A DNA stretch of 63,513 bases, the filler included, from Lenisia limosa (taxonomy: Eukaryota; Protista; Breviatea): NCBI GenBank assembly GCA_001655205.1. It is 13 parts of 13 records of this genome, joined end to end, with 100 filler letters (N's around TTAATTAATTAA, not from the genome) between each part and the next. Parts side by side here need not be neighbours in the genome. Positions count along the whole stretch, not along the records: positions 1 to 8,714 come from LPNZ01008492.1; positions 8,815 to 13,753 come from LPNZ01003184.1; 11 more parts are not named here. One strand, given 5' to 3'. Shown here piece after piece: positions 1 through 10,184 of this stretch. The position numbers were made by a program, and so were the translations under genes. Positions within the stretch are counted from its first letter, which is position 1. Each line of letters begins with the position of its first letter. The notes under the pieces are model-generated. The model searched no databases. It saw only the letters and a program-made list of their open reading frames with translations, and had not been told where the DNA came from.

Positions 1-56
1 GTGTGTAAGGATATTCTCTTTTGGCAATGTGTCTCAGTATAATAATGCGTCCCCCA

Positions 57-2213
57 GGTTACTCCTGGAGAGTCCCGAGCCTCAGCGTTCACCGAAGTTC
101 TCAATGCCGGCAGCCCAGATGTGGTGGCGGTCGTTTTTCCCGAGGAGCACTGCAGCTACTCTGTACAGGTGCGTGCCCTTCTTTTTGCAATTCAAATTAT
201 GGGTCATTAATCCTCATATTCAGGAGAGTCTTAACGCTTTGCTATAATTCAGACACATATAGTCACTTTCTAGGTCTGTGAAACACGAACATCAGGTCAG
301 ATCTGCAGCCATCCGGTGCCGATTCAAAGTGCCCTTGTTCACGTTCGGGGGGTGTTGTTCAAGTAGATCGATAAATACATATAATACATGTAGTATTATA
401 GAGTTAATATGTGTGTATGATAGGTGGATTGATCAAAATGATATTATGAATACATATCGATATCTTAATATATGATAGTATAGTCGATTGTTATTTTCTA
501 GGGCGGAGTCAGTCCTAAAAAAGAATCTTGTACCTATTACAAAATGGATCGCTTTGTGTACCCTTCGAATATCGTGGTTGAGGTAGGCTGTAAGAAACTT
601 AGTAAACTAGTTGTTGGAATATAAATACAATACCTTTTGATTTAACAATGCACAGGCCATCATGAAGCCAAATGAAGTTGTTGACTTGTTTGCTGAGTAC
701 CTCTACCCCTCTGCTGCATACCATGTGGGTAGTCTTCGGCTTGATTAATCTAACCTTATGACCATGAGAGAAGGGTAAAATAACCGCGTTATTTCTTTCG
801 CTCTTATGTGACTCTTCAGAACTCTTATGTGACTCTTCTGACTCTGCATAACTCTTATGTGACTCTGACTCTGCAGAACTCTTATGTGACTCGACTCTTC
901 TGACTTCTGCAGAACATTTTCCAGTATCGATGCAATGAACTGACTGGTGCACTTCGACTGTACTACCAGCAGGAAGGGAAAACCGTAAGTAGTCAAGTTA
1001 GATACTCTGTTTAATCGAAAGTGAAGTTGGGCTTTTACAAGGATAGTAGAGCTCCCTATGGTTCTAAATTGATGAAGAGGTGAAATCGAATTTGTCAATT
1101 TATGCTGATTTTTTGGAACCATATAAAAGCCTTTATTTTTTTTGTTTGCTTAAAGTATAGATTGATATGACGATGGCCGACCGCTGCGGTAAATGGTCAC
1201 ATGTGGTGTGGACGCTGTCAGAAACAGGAACATTCCAAGGGTACATCAATGGAAACTTTATTGGAACCGGTTGCACTAATTGTATCTACACCCCTGGTGA
1301 TTCGGAGGTAAAAAGGTTAATCGCTTATCTAACAGTTATAAAATTGTGATACTTCTTGGTGCCAAGCCCTTTTAAAATTGTACCACATATCGATATCCAC
1401 TCATGTGATATTTGACAGACAAGTTAAAATGACACTCTGAAATACTCGGGTTGAACTTTGCTATCGTCTTTCATTACTTCTTGTTGTATTATATTACTCG
1501 TAGTGTATGAGATAATACATCCAGGACTTCCTCATCAACGCCTTTTACTCGACAAATACTGGGACCGTTTCTCTCACACATGCAATGGCCAAGAACAATG
1601 TTCTCAGCAAGGTACTGTTTCTGCCTGCCTTAATGCTTCATTTTTAACAATTTGTACTTTATTTACTGGACTAACAGGTCATACTAATGCGCCTAGGTCC
1701 GTGTGTACACAGGTCATACTAATGCAATTAGGTCCGTGTTTACACAGGCATCCCAAGTCTGACGGTACTTCAACAGCTGACCGGTATGTGTATAATGGTC
1801 TTCTTCCTCTACTCCCTTAGTTGACTCTTACCACCACCACCCCCATAGGCAGTGACGTCGTCCTTGCAGACGAGGCGTTCGCGGCAATGAAGAGCACCAT
1901 TTGGAAAGAAATCAACTTCAGCGATGATGATGCAGAAGTTGGGGGGGGGGGGNNNNNNNNNNNNNNNNNNNNNNNNNNNNNNNNNNNNNNNNNNNNNNNN
2001 NNNNNNNNNNNNNNNAAGGCAGTGTTTACAAGAGGACAGAAAGATGCAAACAAGCACCAACTATTGAGTCTTTTGTATAATGTACTATATCTCTTGTGTG
2101 ATGCTATTGCTGCCATGTTGGATGAACTTTTCCTCTGGGTTTTAACGCCAAAACAATTCTGGGACTTTTTCAGCCCCTTGGGTTGTAATTGTACAATTTA
2201 TCATACACAGTAA
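57..2213 (+). CDS. Multi-exon gene(s) of unknown function with a LamG/concanavalin-like motif (5'-partial; may be two genes)
   Basis: GT-AG-bounded coding-like exons, e.g. NNAQAIMKPNEVVDLFAEYLYP (~645-725), HFQYRCNELTGALRLYYQQ (~912-985) and GKWSHVVWTLSETGTFQGYING (1167-1310), which resembles the LamG-3 'WxHV...Y.NG' pattern. Confidence 0.35.
800..911 (+). repeat. Four degenerate tandem copies of CTCTTATGTGACTC...CAGAA ending at an intron acceptor
   Basis: Visible directly; the last copy ends TTCTGCAG|AACATTTCC at 911. Confidence 0.8.
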
Positions 2214-2329
2214 TCTAGAGCTCCGAATGTGATTTCTGGAGTGGTGGTTGGAACTGACAGGTTAGTAGGTTGGAAGTATCAAAAGTCCCCTCACACATCC
2301 TCCCCCCNNNNNNNNNNNNNNNNNNNNNN

Positions 2330-5300
2330 NNNNNNNNNACGAGGAACTTAGTCCTTTTTACGTCCTTCTTCAGTGTCTGAAGCTCAGTGTCGTCTGAGAG
2401 GGGTAAACGAATTCCTGGTCTCAGTAGCTATAAAGATGCAATCAAACTGACAATAATCCCTGAAATGCCCACTTTCGTCAGTCAAGACAAGTGAACTACA
2501 GGACATTCTCCTTTCTCTTGACACTGGCGGTGAGCAGCTGACCGAATCCGCACTTTCTNNNNNNNNNNNNNNNNNNNNNNNNNNNNNNNNNNNNNNNNNN
2601 NNNNNNNNNNNNNNNNNNNNNNNNNNNNNNNNNNNNNNNNNNNNNNNNNNNNNNNNNNNNNNNNNNNNAATTTTGCTGTTGACGACAGAGCTACAAGGTC
2701 AAACTATCACCACAAGTCTCCCTAAAGAGGTAGCCCTTTACACCCCCACAAGTCTCAGATGAAGCCAGCGCTTTAGTAAGTCTGCGCTCCGGCACTTCGC
2801 TTTCCGCTGTCTGTGGGGTAAAACAAAAATCCCAATTCCAAGCAAACAGAATGAATATTCGACTTGAATTTCTACCCCTAGAAACGTGATGATGGGGGGC
2901 CAGGTTCAACATTTTAGAAGCCCAGTCCAAAAAAATTCTGAGAATATGATATGATAAATTCGTAGCATAGTAATAATATATCATTTGAGAAAACATTTTG
3001 TTTGAAATGTACGTTATATTGACTTTACCTGGGGGCGGGACCTCAGGGGCGAGTGTGTCGCTGGTGGAGACCCCAGGCCGGGCTCCTGGAACCGCCTTCT
3101 GAGGGGGGGGGGGTAAAAGAAGACTATTGTGGTAAAGATACTACTCACCAACCGAAAAATCTAGGGAGGTATCGAATCAACAACAATTGATTCAAAACAA
3201 AAACAAAGAGTTGGAGTGGATGGAAGTGCAGTCAATAGGTTTGAAGTGCCCAACATTGGAATGAACAAACCTTCTTAAAGGAGGCGACAGGAGCGCGGCA
3301 GCCGGGGCCTCTGCAGCATAGCCATGCCGGGCAAAAGCTTGTGCCAGGTCTACTAAGTCAGACTAACCACTCCTTGTGTCACTCATCTAAGCTAATTTCA
3401 TTTTAATCAAGGAGCAAAAGCCAGAGTAATGCACCCCCCACCCAATCCCATGCTTACCATCAATTTCCACACCCTGTTCCTTCGGACGCCTTAGGGCCGA
3501 CTTAATTGGCTCGGCTGGCTCGGATAACAGGTTCAGTGGCGGCGGGGAGGAGGGTGGTGAGTTGGATCGAGAGAGCACGGGGGACAAGGAGTTGTTGATG
3601 AGGGGGGTGGCAGGATCAAGGAGTTCAACCACATTGGCGGGCACTTCGATGACGGGAATGGTGTCTTGAGAGGCCTGTATGGTGAGTTGGATCGGAGGCT
3701 TCTAACTTCGTAATTATCAATGGCCTTTAGACTTTTCAACAATTTATATTATGCCCAACCAAACCTGCAACTGGGCGAGAGAGTAGACAGAGCTGACAGC
3801 ACTAGGCGGGTTGGAGGGGAAGGGTGTCGGAGGAAACACGTGGCGGCGCAAGGGTGGCGTGTCTATATCCGGTGCCACCTCTTCGGATTCCTGTGGTGGC
3901 GGCGGTGTGATAGGGCCCGGGGCTAGCACCCCACTATGGCGTCGGGGGGATGGTGAGGGATTCTTGCTATACGGTAAACTGGGTAGCTTCGGCGACCTAG
4001 GCGACTTGTCACGTGACACTTTCTCGTCCTTAGCATAGCCCATTGAGGCTGTCAGGAAGGACGGCGTCGGCGAACTGAAGTTATACCGCTCGCTGGTATG
4101 GGTTGTGGGCTCGGGTTTGGTGAAGGGTGTGAGAGGTCCCCTGAATCGAGGCGACGCAGGCTTGTGTGAGTTGAGGTCTTCGGAACTTAAATTAGTTACA
4201 TGTGCAATGTCTCTCAGACTGGCGCGCGGGGCTGAAACTAGCGCCGCCACTTTGGGCTTTCTCGCGGCCAACACCCCATCTGTCACCTACACAGTCATGG
4301 GATAATTCAGCCAAACGTCTATTCAAAAGTGATCAAGGCATCCCTCCAGTACAAGTCCAGCAAAATATCAACAGTTGCTCAGAGTTAAGAAAGATTCTAT
4401 TAATATTTGAGAAGATAGAGTGAAGCCCACATCGTCATCTGAAGAATCCTCGGGAGGAAGGAAGGAGGATACAGAGTCACCAAGCGGAACAGGCAGGGAC
4501 AAGGACTAAAATTAAGAATGATATTCTGTTGGGAATGGATAAACCTAAGTTATTTGGAGAGGTTGACATTAAATACCTTAGCGTATCTTTGATTTCTTCA
4601 AAGGACACACCGCCAAACTTACAAATGAGTTACCGAGGTCGCCAGTTTTATTGCTGTTGTTACTCCCGCTCATTGATAGACTCGCAAAAGGTGGCGATGG
4701 GGATGGAGCATCCTATTTTGGGATAAATAGCCAATAGTGGGTGTTAACTGTTGTTTTCTTTTCTTCCTTCAGGTCCTTCATACCGATTGCGATTGCGGAC
4801 GGTCTTCATTTTGTGGTTTTGGCAGAAAACGGATTCCAAAGCTCTGTTGATGTTGACATTTGTTATGAAAAGCACCAGAACCCATTATACACCCTTTGGT
4901 TATGATACTACCGTATCATAAATAATACTTCATAAATTCACAGGAGTATCAAGGATATTTCCATTTCGACTTTGAAAATTAGTAATATAGTATATCATTG
5001 TAAATAGTTTCAGACTTCAATTGGATTCAGCATTTTCAAATATCCCCATTGCACTATGAGTAGCAAACCTCAATAGGCGACGGTGGCGCTTTAGGCGAGA
5101 CGACTGGAGATGAGGGAGGAGGTGACGCCGCTGAGGCGGCCAAAGTATCCTCAATGCGTGGCTCCAGGACCTGTTGAGAATGACTCGCAAGGTTTGGCAT
5201 ATAGTATACATAATTGCAATCAATAATAAAACCTGCATTTTACAAAAGTCTTTCGGACAAAAGTCACAACCAAGACCATTCTAACCATGAAATGTGGATC

Positions 5301-8300
5301 AGAGCCCCCCCCCCCCNNNNNNNNNNNNNNNNNNNNNNNNNNNNNNNNNNNNNNNNNNNNNNNNNNNNNNNNNNNNNCGAGGGCGTCAGAGTACGTCGTG
5401 GCTAAGGCCGTCTTAGACCTTGCAAGTGATTGTTGTGACAGGTTCCGAGTATGGACATTCGGCACGCGACTCAATGACGTTTTTGGTCGTCTGGTTAGCG
5501 TCTAGGCTGTCAATAGGGGACAGTGTTACACTAGTGCTTCCCTGGACAACGGTCAGAGAACCGGTTCGGTCGGTATCGGTCCGGTCCCAGACATTATAAG
5601 AACCAGCCTCCGGACCGGTTCTAGCAATGAAACACAAAAGCTGTCAAAAGTGTACCAAAATGCTTCAAAATAAAAAAATACAAAACCCACATTGCTCTTA
5701 TTGTTTAGATACTTTTAAATTGAGTAATTTATGACCAATACCCATCATCATTTTATGGAATTGGGATGTTAGAGTCCTGGTATTGCCATATTTTTTTTTG
5801 ATTATTTTTCTGGATTTCTCTTCTTTTTGAAAGAACCAGTCAGAAGTCAGTCCGGTCCGGTCTTGTTAACATCCATGTAGAAATGAGAAATAAATCAAGG
5901 AAGACATTGCAAAAAAGAAGAAAAGCAGATAAGCGTAATGCGTTTGACATTTGAATTTGCTATTTCACACTTTGCAATAGTAACCCCAAACCCTTGGTTT
6001 TCTCGAGGTTGGAGGAGAGGGTTTAGAGAGGGATGGCAAGCTAGGGATAGGGCTCGTGGGGAGGACTGTTCTATAGGGGTAAGGGAAGTGGGACACACAG
6101 CTGTAGTCCTTAGTTTAGATCCGCATTGTAAACCAGTAAAAAGATATGACCCACTTTCTGCCTGGTAGCTGCGGGGATGCAGGGACATGCTTTGAGTTGA
6201 ACTTGGAAATATCGCGTGAGTACTCTGAGGCAATAATGGCTTGGTGTAGTGCAACGTCGTTTCGAAGTAGCAGGGGCAGAAGTGGGGCATTTGGGTGGAC
6301 GTGTGCATCACCAGGTGCTGAAGCCTGCTCAATGAGAATGCAGCTTGATATCTTGCATGCCTTGGGATTCACGTCGGTAAACGAACAATGAATGATACTT
6401 TATAATCAAATGTCATTGTATACACAATATGATATGATATATCATATACAGTGGCCGGGAAAAGTCTTGACCAATTTGCTATATGATTTCATAAGGACAA
6501 TCGGGCAAGACTTATCCCGGTCACTGTACATACAATTGTAGCTCCATTAATACTATGTAATTGTCAGTAAAGAAGCAGCAAGTTACCTTTTGGGGCTTGA
6601 AAGGAGGGGAGGCACCAGGCGGCTTTGCAGATTGGACGGGAGGAGATTTCGGATCAAAGCGACGATAATCGAAAAACGATGTTGAGATACTCGAAAAAGA
6701 GGTCCACAACCGAGCCATGTCAGTCACAGCTGATGGCACTAAAAATGCCGACTCCTCGAATGTCACCTCGTCGAAGCCGAAAGGGACGGTTGAGGTGGGG
6801 CCCGAAGACAGACGGTAGATCTACGATCGTTAGGATTGCATTATTGCGATTGTGTATTATTTTGTGTGTTTATTTGCATCTTGTTAAATTAAATGAGCAA
6901 ATAATAGGTTTATTCTCGCGCCAGTTGTGATATCAGGTGGTCATTCAAACCATATATTATTACATATATATATGGTCAAAGCTCCGGACATCATTCAAAA
7001 TTTCCGGACACATCAAAACTCCCGGACCTACATAATAGTAGTATATAAATAGTATACCTTTTTTCAGATGGGTAAGAAGGTATACATATCAGGGGGAGGA
7101 GAGGTCAGGGTGATTGATATATCATGCAGGTGAAGATTTATAGCATTTTGGGCCGAAATCGCATAAATACTCAACTTTCTCAAAATAATTTGAGAATTAA
7201 GAATGGATATTGACAGAGATTAACAAAATCATTCGCTATCCTCTTGTAGCTCTTGAAGTCCACGTATAAAAAATTTCCTATATTGATTTTGTTGGTATTG
7301 TTTTGATGGTCAAAAAGGTATATTACATGACAANNNNNNNNNNNNNNNNNNNNNNNNNNNNNNNNNNNNNNNNNNNNNNNNNNNNNNNNNNNNNNNNNNN
7401 NNNNNNNNNNNNNNNNNNNNNNNNNNNNNNNNNNNNNNNNNNNNNNNNNNNNNNNNNNNNNNNNNNNNNNNNNNNNNNNNNNNNNNNNNNNNNNNNNNNN
7501 NNNNNNNNNNNNGTAAAAAAAAGGTATATACTATGATTTGGATGATCACCCTCACCCCCACAGATGATCGCCGCTCTGGAGTGATATCGGGGAGACTGTA
7601 CGTGTCAGCCTGGGCCGACTTCTGCAGCTCAGCAATACGCGAAAGTCCTGAACAGGGATTATCTAAGGCATCGATAGTATTCTTTACTGCAGCTGAATAT
7701 CAACACAAAAACGCCAATAGTGAATGTAACTCCATTATATGATAACATGTCAATTCCACAAGTATCTTCTAGTTGTAATTTAATTGTATTTTTTTCTTCT
7801 TCACAAACTACCTGTATACATGGCGCAAGAATCAACTTCCACCACTCGACGTAGGTTGCGAGGGTCTGCCAGATTATCTGAAATGTCATGGTGCATACAA
7901 GTGAAGGGTAGATGGTCTTAATTTATTTGCTGATAATACAACACAATGACACTGGGGAATAATAGTGGAATGGCAAAGGGAGCTGACGTTCCCACCCTTG
8001 ACATATTGGAGAGCCTCGGATGAAATGTCATGCCTTCCAATGGCCAAAAGACACCTGTATATTCAGTGTTCAGCATACTACTGGTGAATTGTGATGTTAT
8101 TAGGGGCACAGTACATAATCGGACAGAGTGTTTACCATTTGGAATTATTGGTAGTATTGCTACCATTAAAAGCCAAAAAAACAAAGTATATGTATGATAT
8201 GTATCATATATCATACCATATGCTTCCTTTCTTGTGATTTAATAACAAACTACTACTAATGCTTTTCATCAACAGTTGCCTCATGGTCTACACCCAATAC

Positions 8301-8714
8301 AAAAGCCAAACCAGTGCCCACCTAGCCGCGCAGATCATTGTTTTAGTACGTGTTGGCGACTCTAATAAAAGGCAAAAACCAAGGTCTGTGAGTGCCTACG
8401 TTTGACAGTAAAAAATAGCAAATAGTCATAATCCCTTGCAACCCAACAATGTGAAGTAACATCACAATTTTTGGTTATCATTTCAGCCCAAACAAACCTC
8501 AGTAAATTGCCCCATTGTTTCCAGTGTGATTGCTCTTTGAAAGAAAATCTCAGGACTACGCAGGTAACACCAGAGAGTGAATGAAATGAACAATGAAAAT
8601 TTGATTCGTCCCAACAAACTTGCAAGGGTCCTTGAGTCCGGCCTGGGAAAGGTCGTCAAGGACTTCGGAGAAGTACGGCCTTCCGAGCCTGCGGAGAAGC
8701 ACGGACCGGACCAG
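2330..8714 (-). CDS. Large multi-exon gene(s) of unknown function with a long Pro/Ser-rich exon (5'-truncated by linker)
   Basis: Minus-strand coding-like exons: LVRSVLLRRLGRPYFSEVLDDL (~8620-8714), IIWQTLATYVEWWKLILAPCIQ|gtag (~7810-7880), AVKNTIDALDNP (~7560-7700), FEESAFLVPSAVTDMARLW (~6590-6770), ORF 3744-4286, ELQTLKKDVKRTKFL (~2340-2390). No family recognised. Confidence 0.35.
6449..6526. mobile_element. MITE family C (78 bp, Tc1/mariner-like, TA target duplication)
   Basis: 21-bp TIR CAGTG(G/A)CCGGGA(A/T)AAGTCTTG, flanked by TA on both sides. Other near-complete copies at 12427-12503 and 44288-44364; half copies near 12109, 14983, 20083, 49745 and 54699. Confidence 0.85.
6935..7551. 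mobile_element. MITE family E (~420-620 bp, PIF/Harbinger-like), copy 1
   Basis: Ends GGTGGTCATTCAAACCATA ... TATGATTTGGATGATCACCC; internal blocks shared with 14350-14773. Confidence 0.75.
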
Positions 8715-8814
8715 NNNNNNNNNNNNNNNNNNNNNNNNNNNNNNNNNNNNNNNNNNNNTTAATTAATTAANNNNNNNNNNNNNNNNNNNNNNNNNNNNNN
8801 NNNNNNNNNNNNNN
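8715..8814. other. Artificial contig-joining linker N44-TTAATTAATTAA-N44 (six-frame stop); 12 copies
   Basis: Identical 100-nt blocks start at 8715, 13754, 20594, 27239, 37922, 42933, 46095, 50750, 53675, 54972, 56890 and 62354. Genes such as dynein are cut at them. Confidence 0.97.
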
Positions 8815-9073
8815 GGCTGGCTTTTCGGAGCAAAATAATACTCCGTGAGAAGACAAATGCCACCTCCCTTTAATAATTCAGAATACCCCCCTTTAAAACA
8901 GAGTGCTTCATGTATTAATGCATGAAATAGATGTGCCAAGCATACAATTGATGGCAGCCCTTTTGTACGGCAATATTTTCCTACTTAGTTATTATAATCT
9001 CTGTATTACCCTCTTCACATGACATATCATGAGTATGGAATATGTACATATGATCTATTATACAATTATAATA

Positions 9074-9173
9074 GAGCTCCACTTTAAGTTCCAAAAAAGA
9101 CTGAATTCTCGATAAATCGTCAATAAATATCGATACTTTCCCGGTCTTTTTTTTTTGGACCGTATGGAAGCCC
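9074..9173. mobile_element. MITE family D (~90-100 bp, G(G/A)GCTTC...GAAGCCC ends, TWA-like flanks)
   Basis: Terminal inverted repeats around an ATCGATAAAT/TTATCGAG-rich core. Copies at 10354-10441, 11749-11845, ~14795-14870, ~17805-17882, ~40193-40250, ~45755-45850 and 62479-62573. Confidence 0.8.
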
Positions 9174-9214
9174 AATGTATCACCCTGTTCACACGACGTA
9201 TTACCACCATTTAG

Positions 9215-9874
9215 GCCCTTATGAGTATGTCGCAAATGTCTGACGACGCTCTGCGCAAAATGAATGATGCTGAGCTTCAAGCTCTTTTGGGCGACCTCGA
9301 GGGAGAGAAAGTCACAAAAGAGCCGATGGTGTTGAAAGAGGAGAAGAAGCCGAAGGTGGTTGCTATGTCAGAAGATGATTTACGGAATATGGATGAGGAC
9401 GAGTTGAAAGCCATTTATGAGCAGCTCAAGTCGAAGTCTTCGAGGGTGAAGGTGAAGGAAGAGAAGAGCTGTGGAGTGGAGAGTGATGAGGGGGTGATGG
9501 AGGAAAGAAAAGGAAGAAAGGAAGAAAGGAAGGAGTTGAAGGAAGAAAAATATGCAAGAAGAGAAAGAAAGGAAGAGAAATATGAAAGAAGAGAAAAGAA
9601 TGAAGAAAGACGGGGAGTAGAAGAGAAAACAGAAAGACGGGGACGAGAGGTGAGCAAAGAAGATAGATATGAAAGAAAAGAAAAGGAAGGCAGAAGAGAA
9701 GATAGGTATGAAAGAAGAGAAAAGGAAGAAAAAAGGGAAAGGAAAGAAGACAAGAGACAAAGAGAAGAAGATACATATGAACGAAGAGAAAGAAAAGATG
9801 ACAAACCTGAAAGAAGGAGGGGAGAGGAAAGAAGAGAAGAGAAAAGAGAGCGAAAAGATAAAGAAGACCAGACG
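9215..9874 (+). CDS. 660-nt Glu/Lys/Arg-rich low-complexity exon (core of ORF 9221-9973)
   Basis: Bounded by CCATTTAG| and |GTGAGT, phase 0-0, open throughout; charged coiled-coil-like sequence. Host gene uncertain. Confidence 0.5.
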
Positions 9875-10184
9875 GTGAGTAAAGTAGTTTTGACATCCCG
9901 GCTTGCCAATAGACTTGGAAAAAAGGAGGGCAAAGGTGACAGGTCCCCCCGTCGCGCATCGGACTTTTGGTAACTGTGGTGGGAGGGGTGTGGAGGGAAT
10001 GTCATTTTTAAAAACTTTCCTTCAAAGTGCTTTTGAGAATTTGGGATAGAGTTCTCTTTGTTCTTTTCAAGACTGAATAAATCTATAACTTATTATGCTT
10101 GGGGGAGGAAAAGGCCTGATAATCATAATAAGTTTGTCTAGACGTAATGCCCTAGGTCTTTGCCTATCGCTTCTCACGCTGTAG

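Noticed and set aside
5555-5870. CCGGTCCGG-rich segments as a transposon with subterminal repeats
   Set aside because: No clear TIR pair, TSD or second copy in the window.
7303-7561. The many ORF-track entries containing X runs
   Set aside because: They are open only because N gaps hide stop codons.
8759-8770. Recurrent TTAATTAATTAA motif as a biological repeat or PacI-like element
   Set aside because: Always centred in an exact N44/N44 block; a six-frame-stop assembly linker.
9380-10005. Antisense Phe/Leu/Ser-rich ORFs (9380-9760, 9415-10005, 9426-9959)
   Set aside because: Shadows of the purine-rich low-complexity plus-strand exon.
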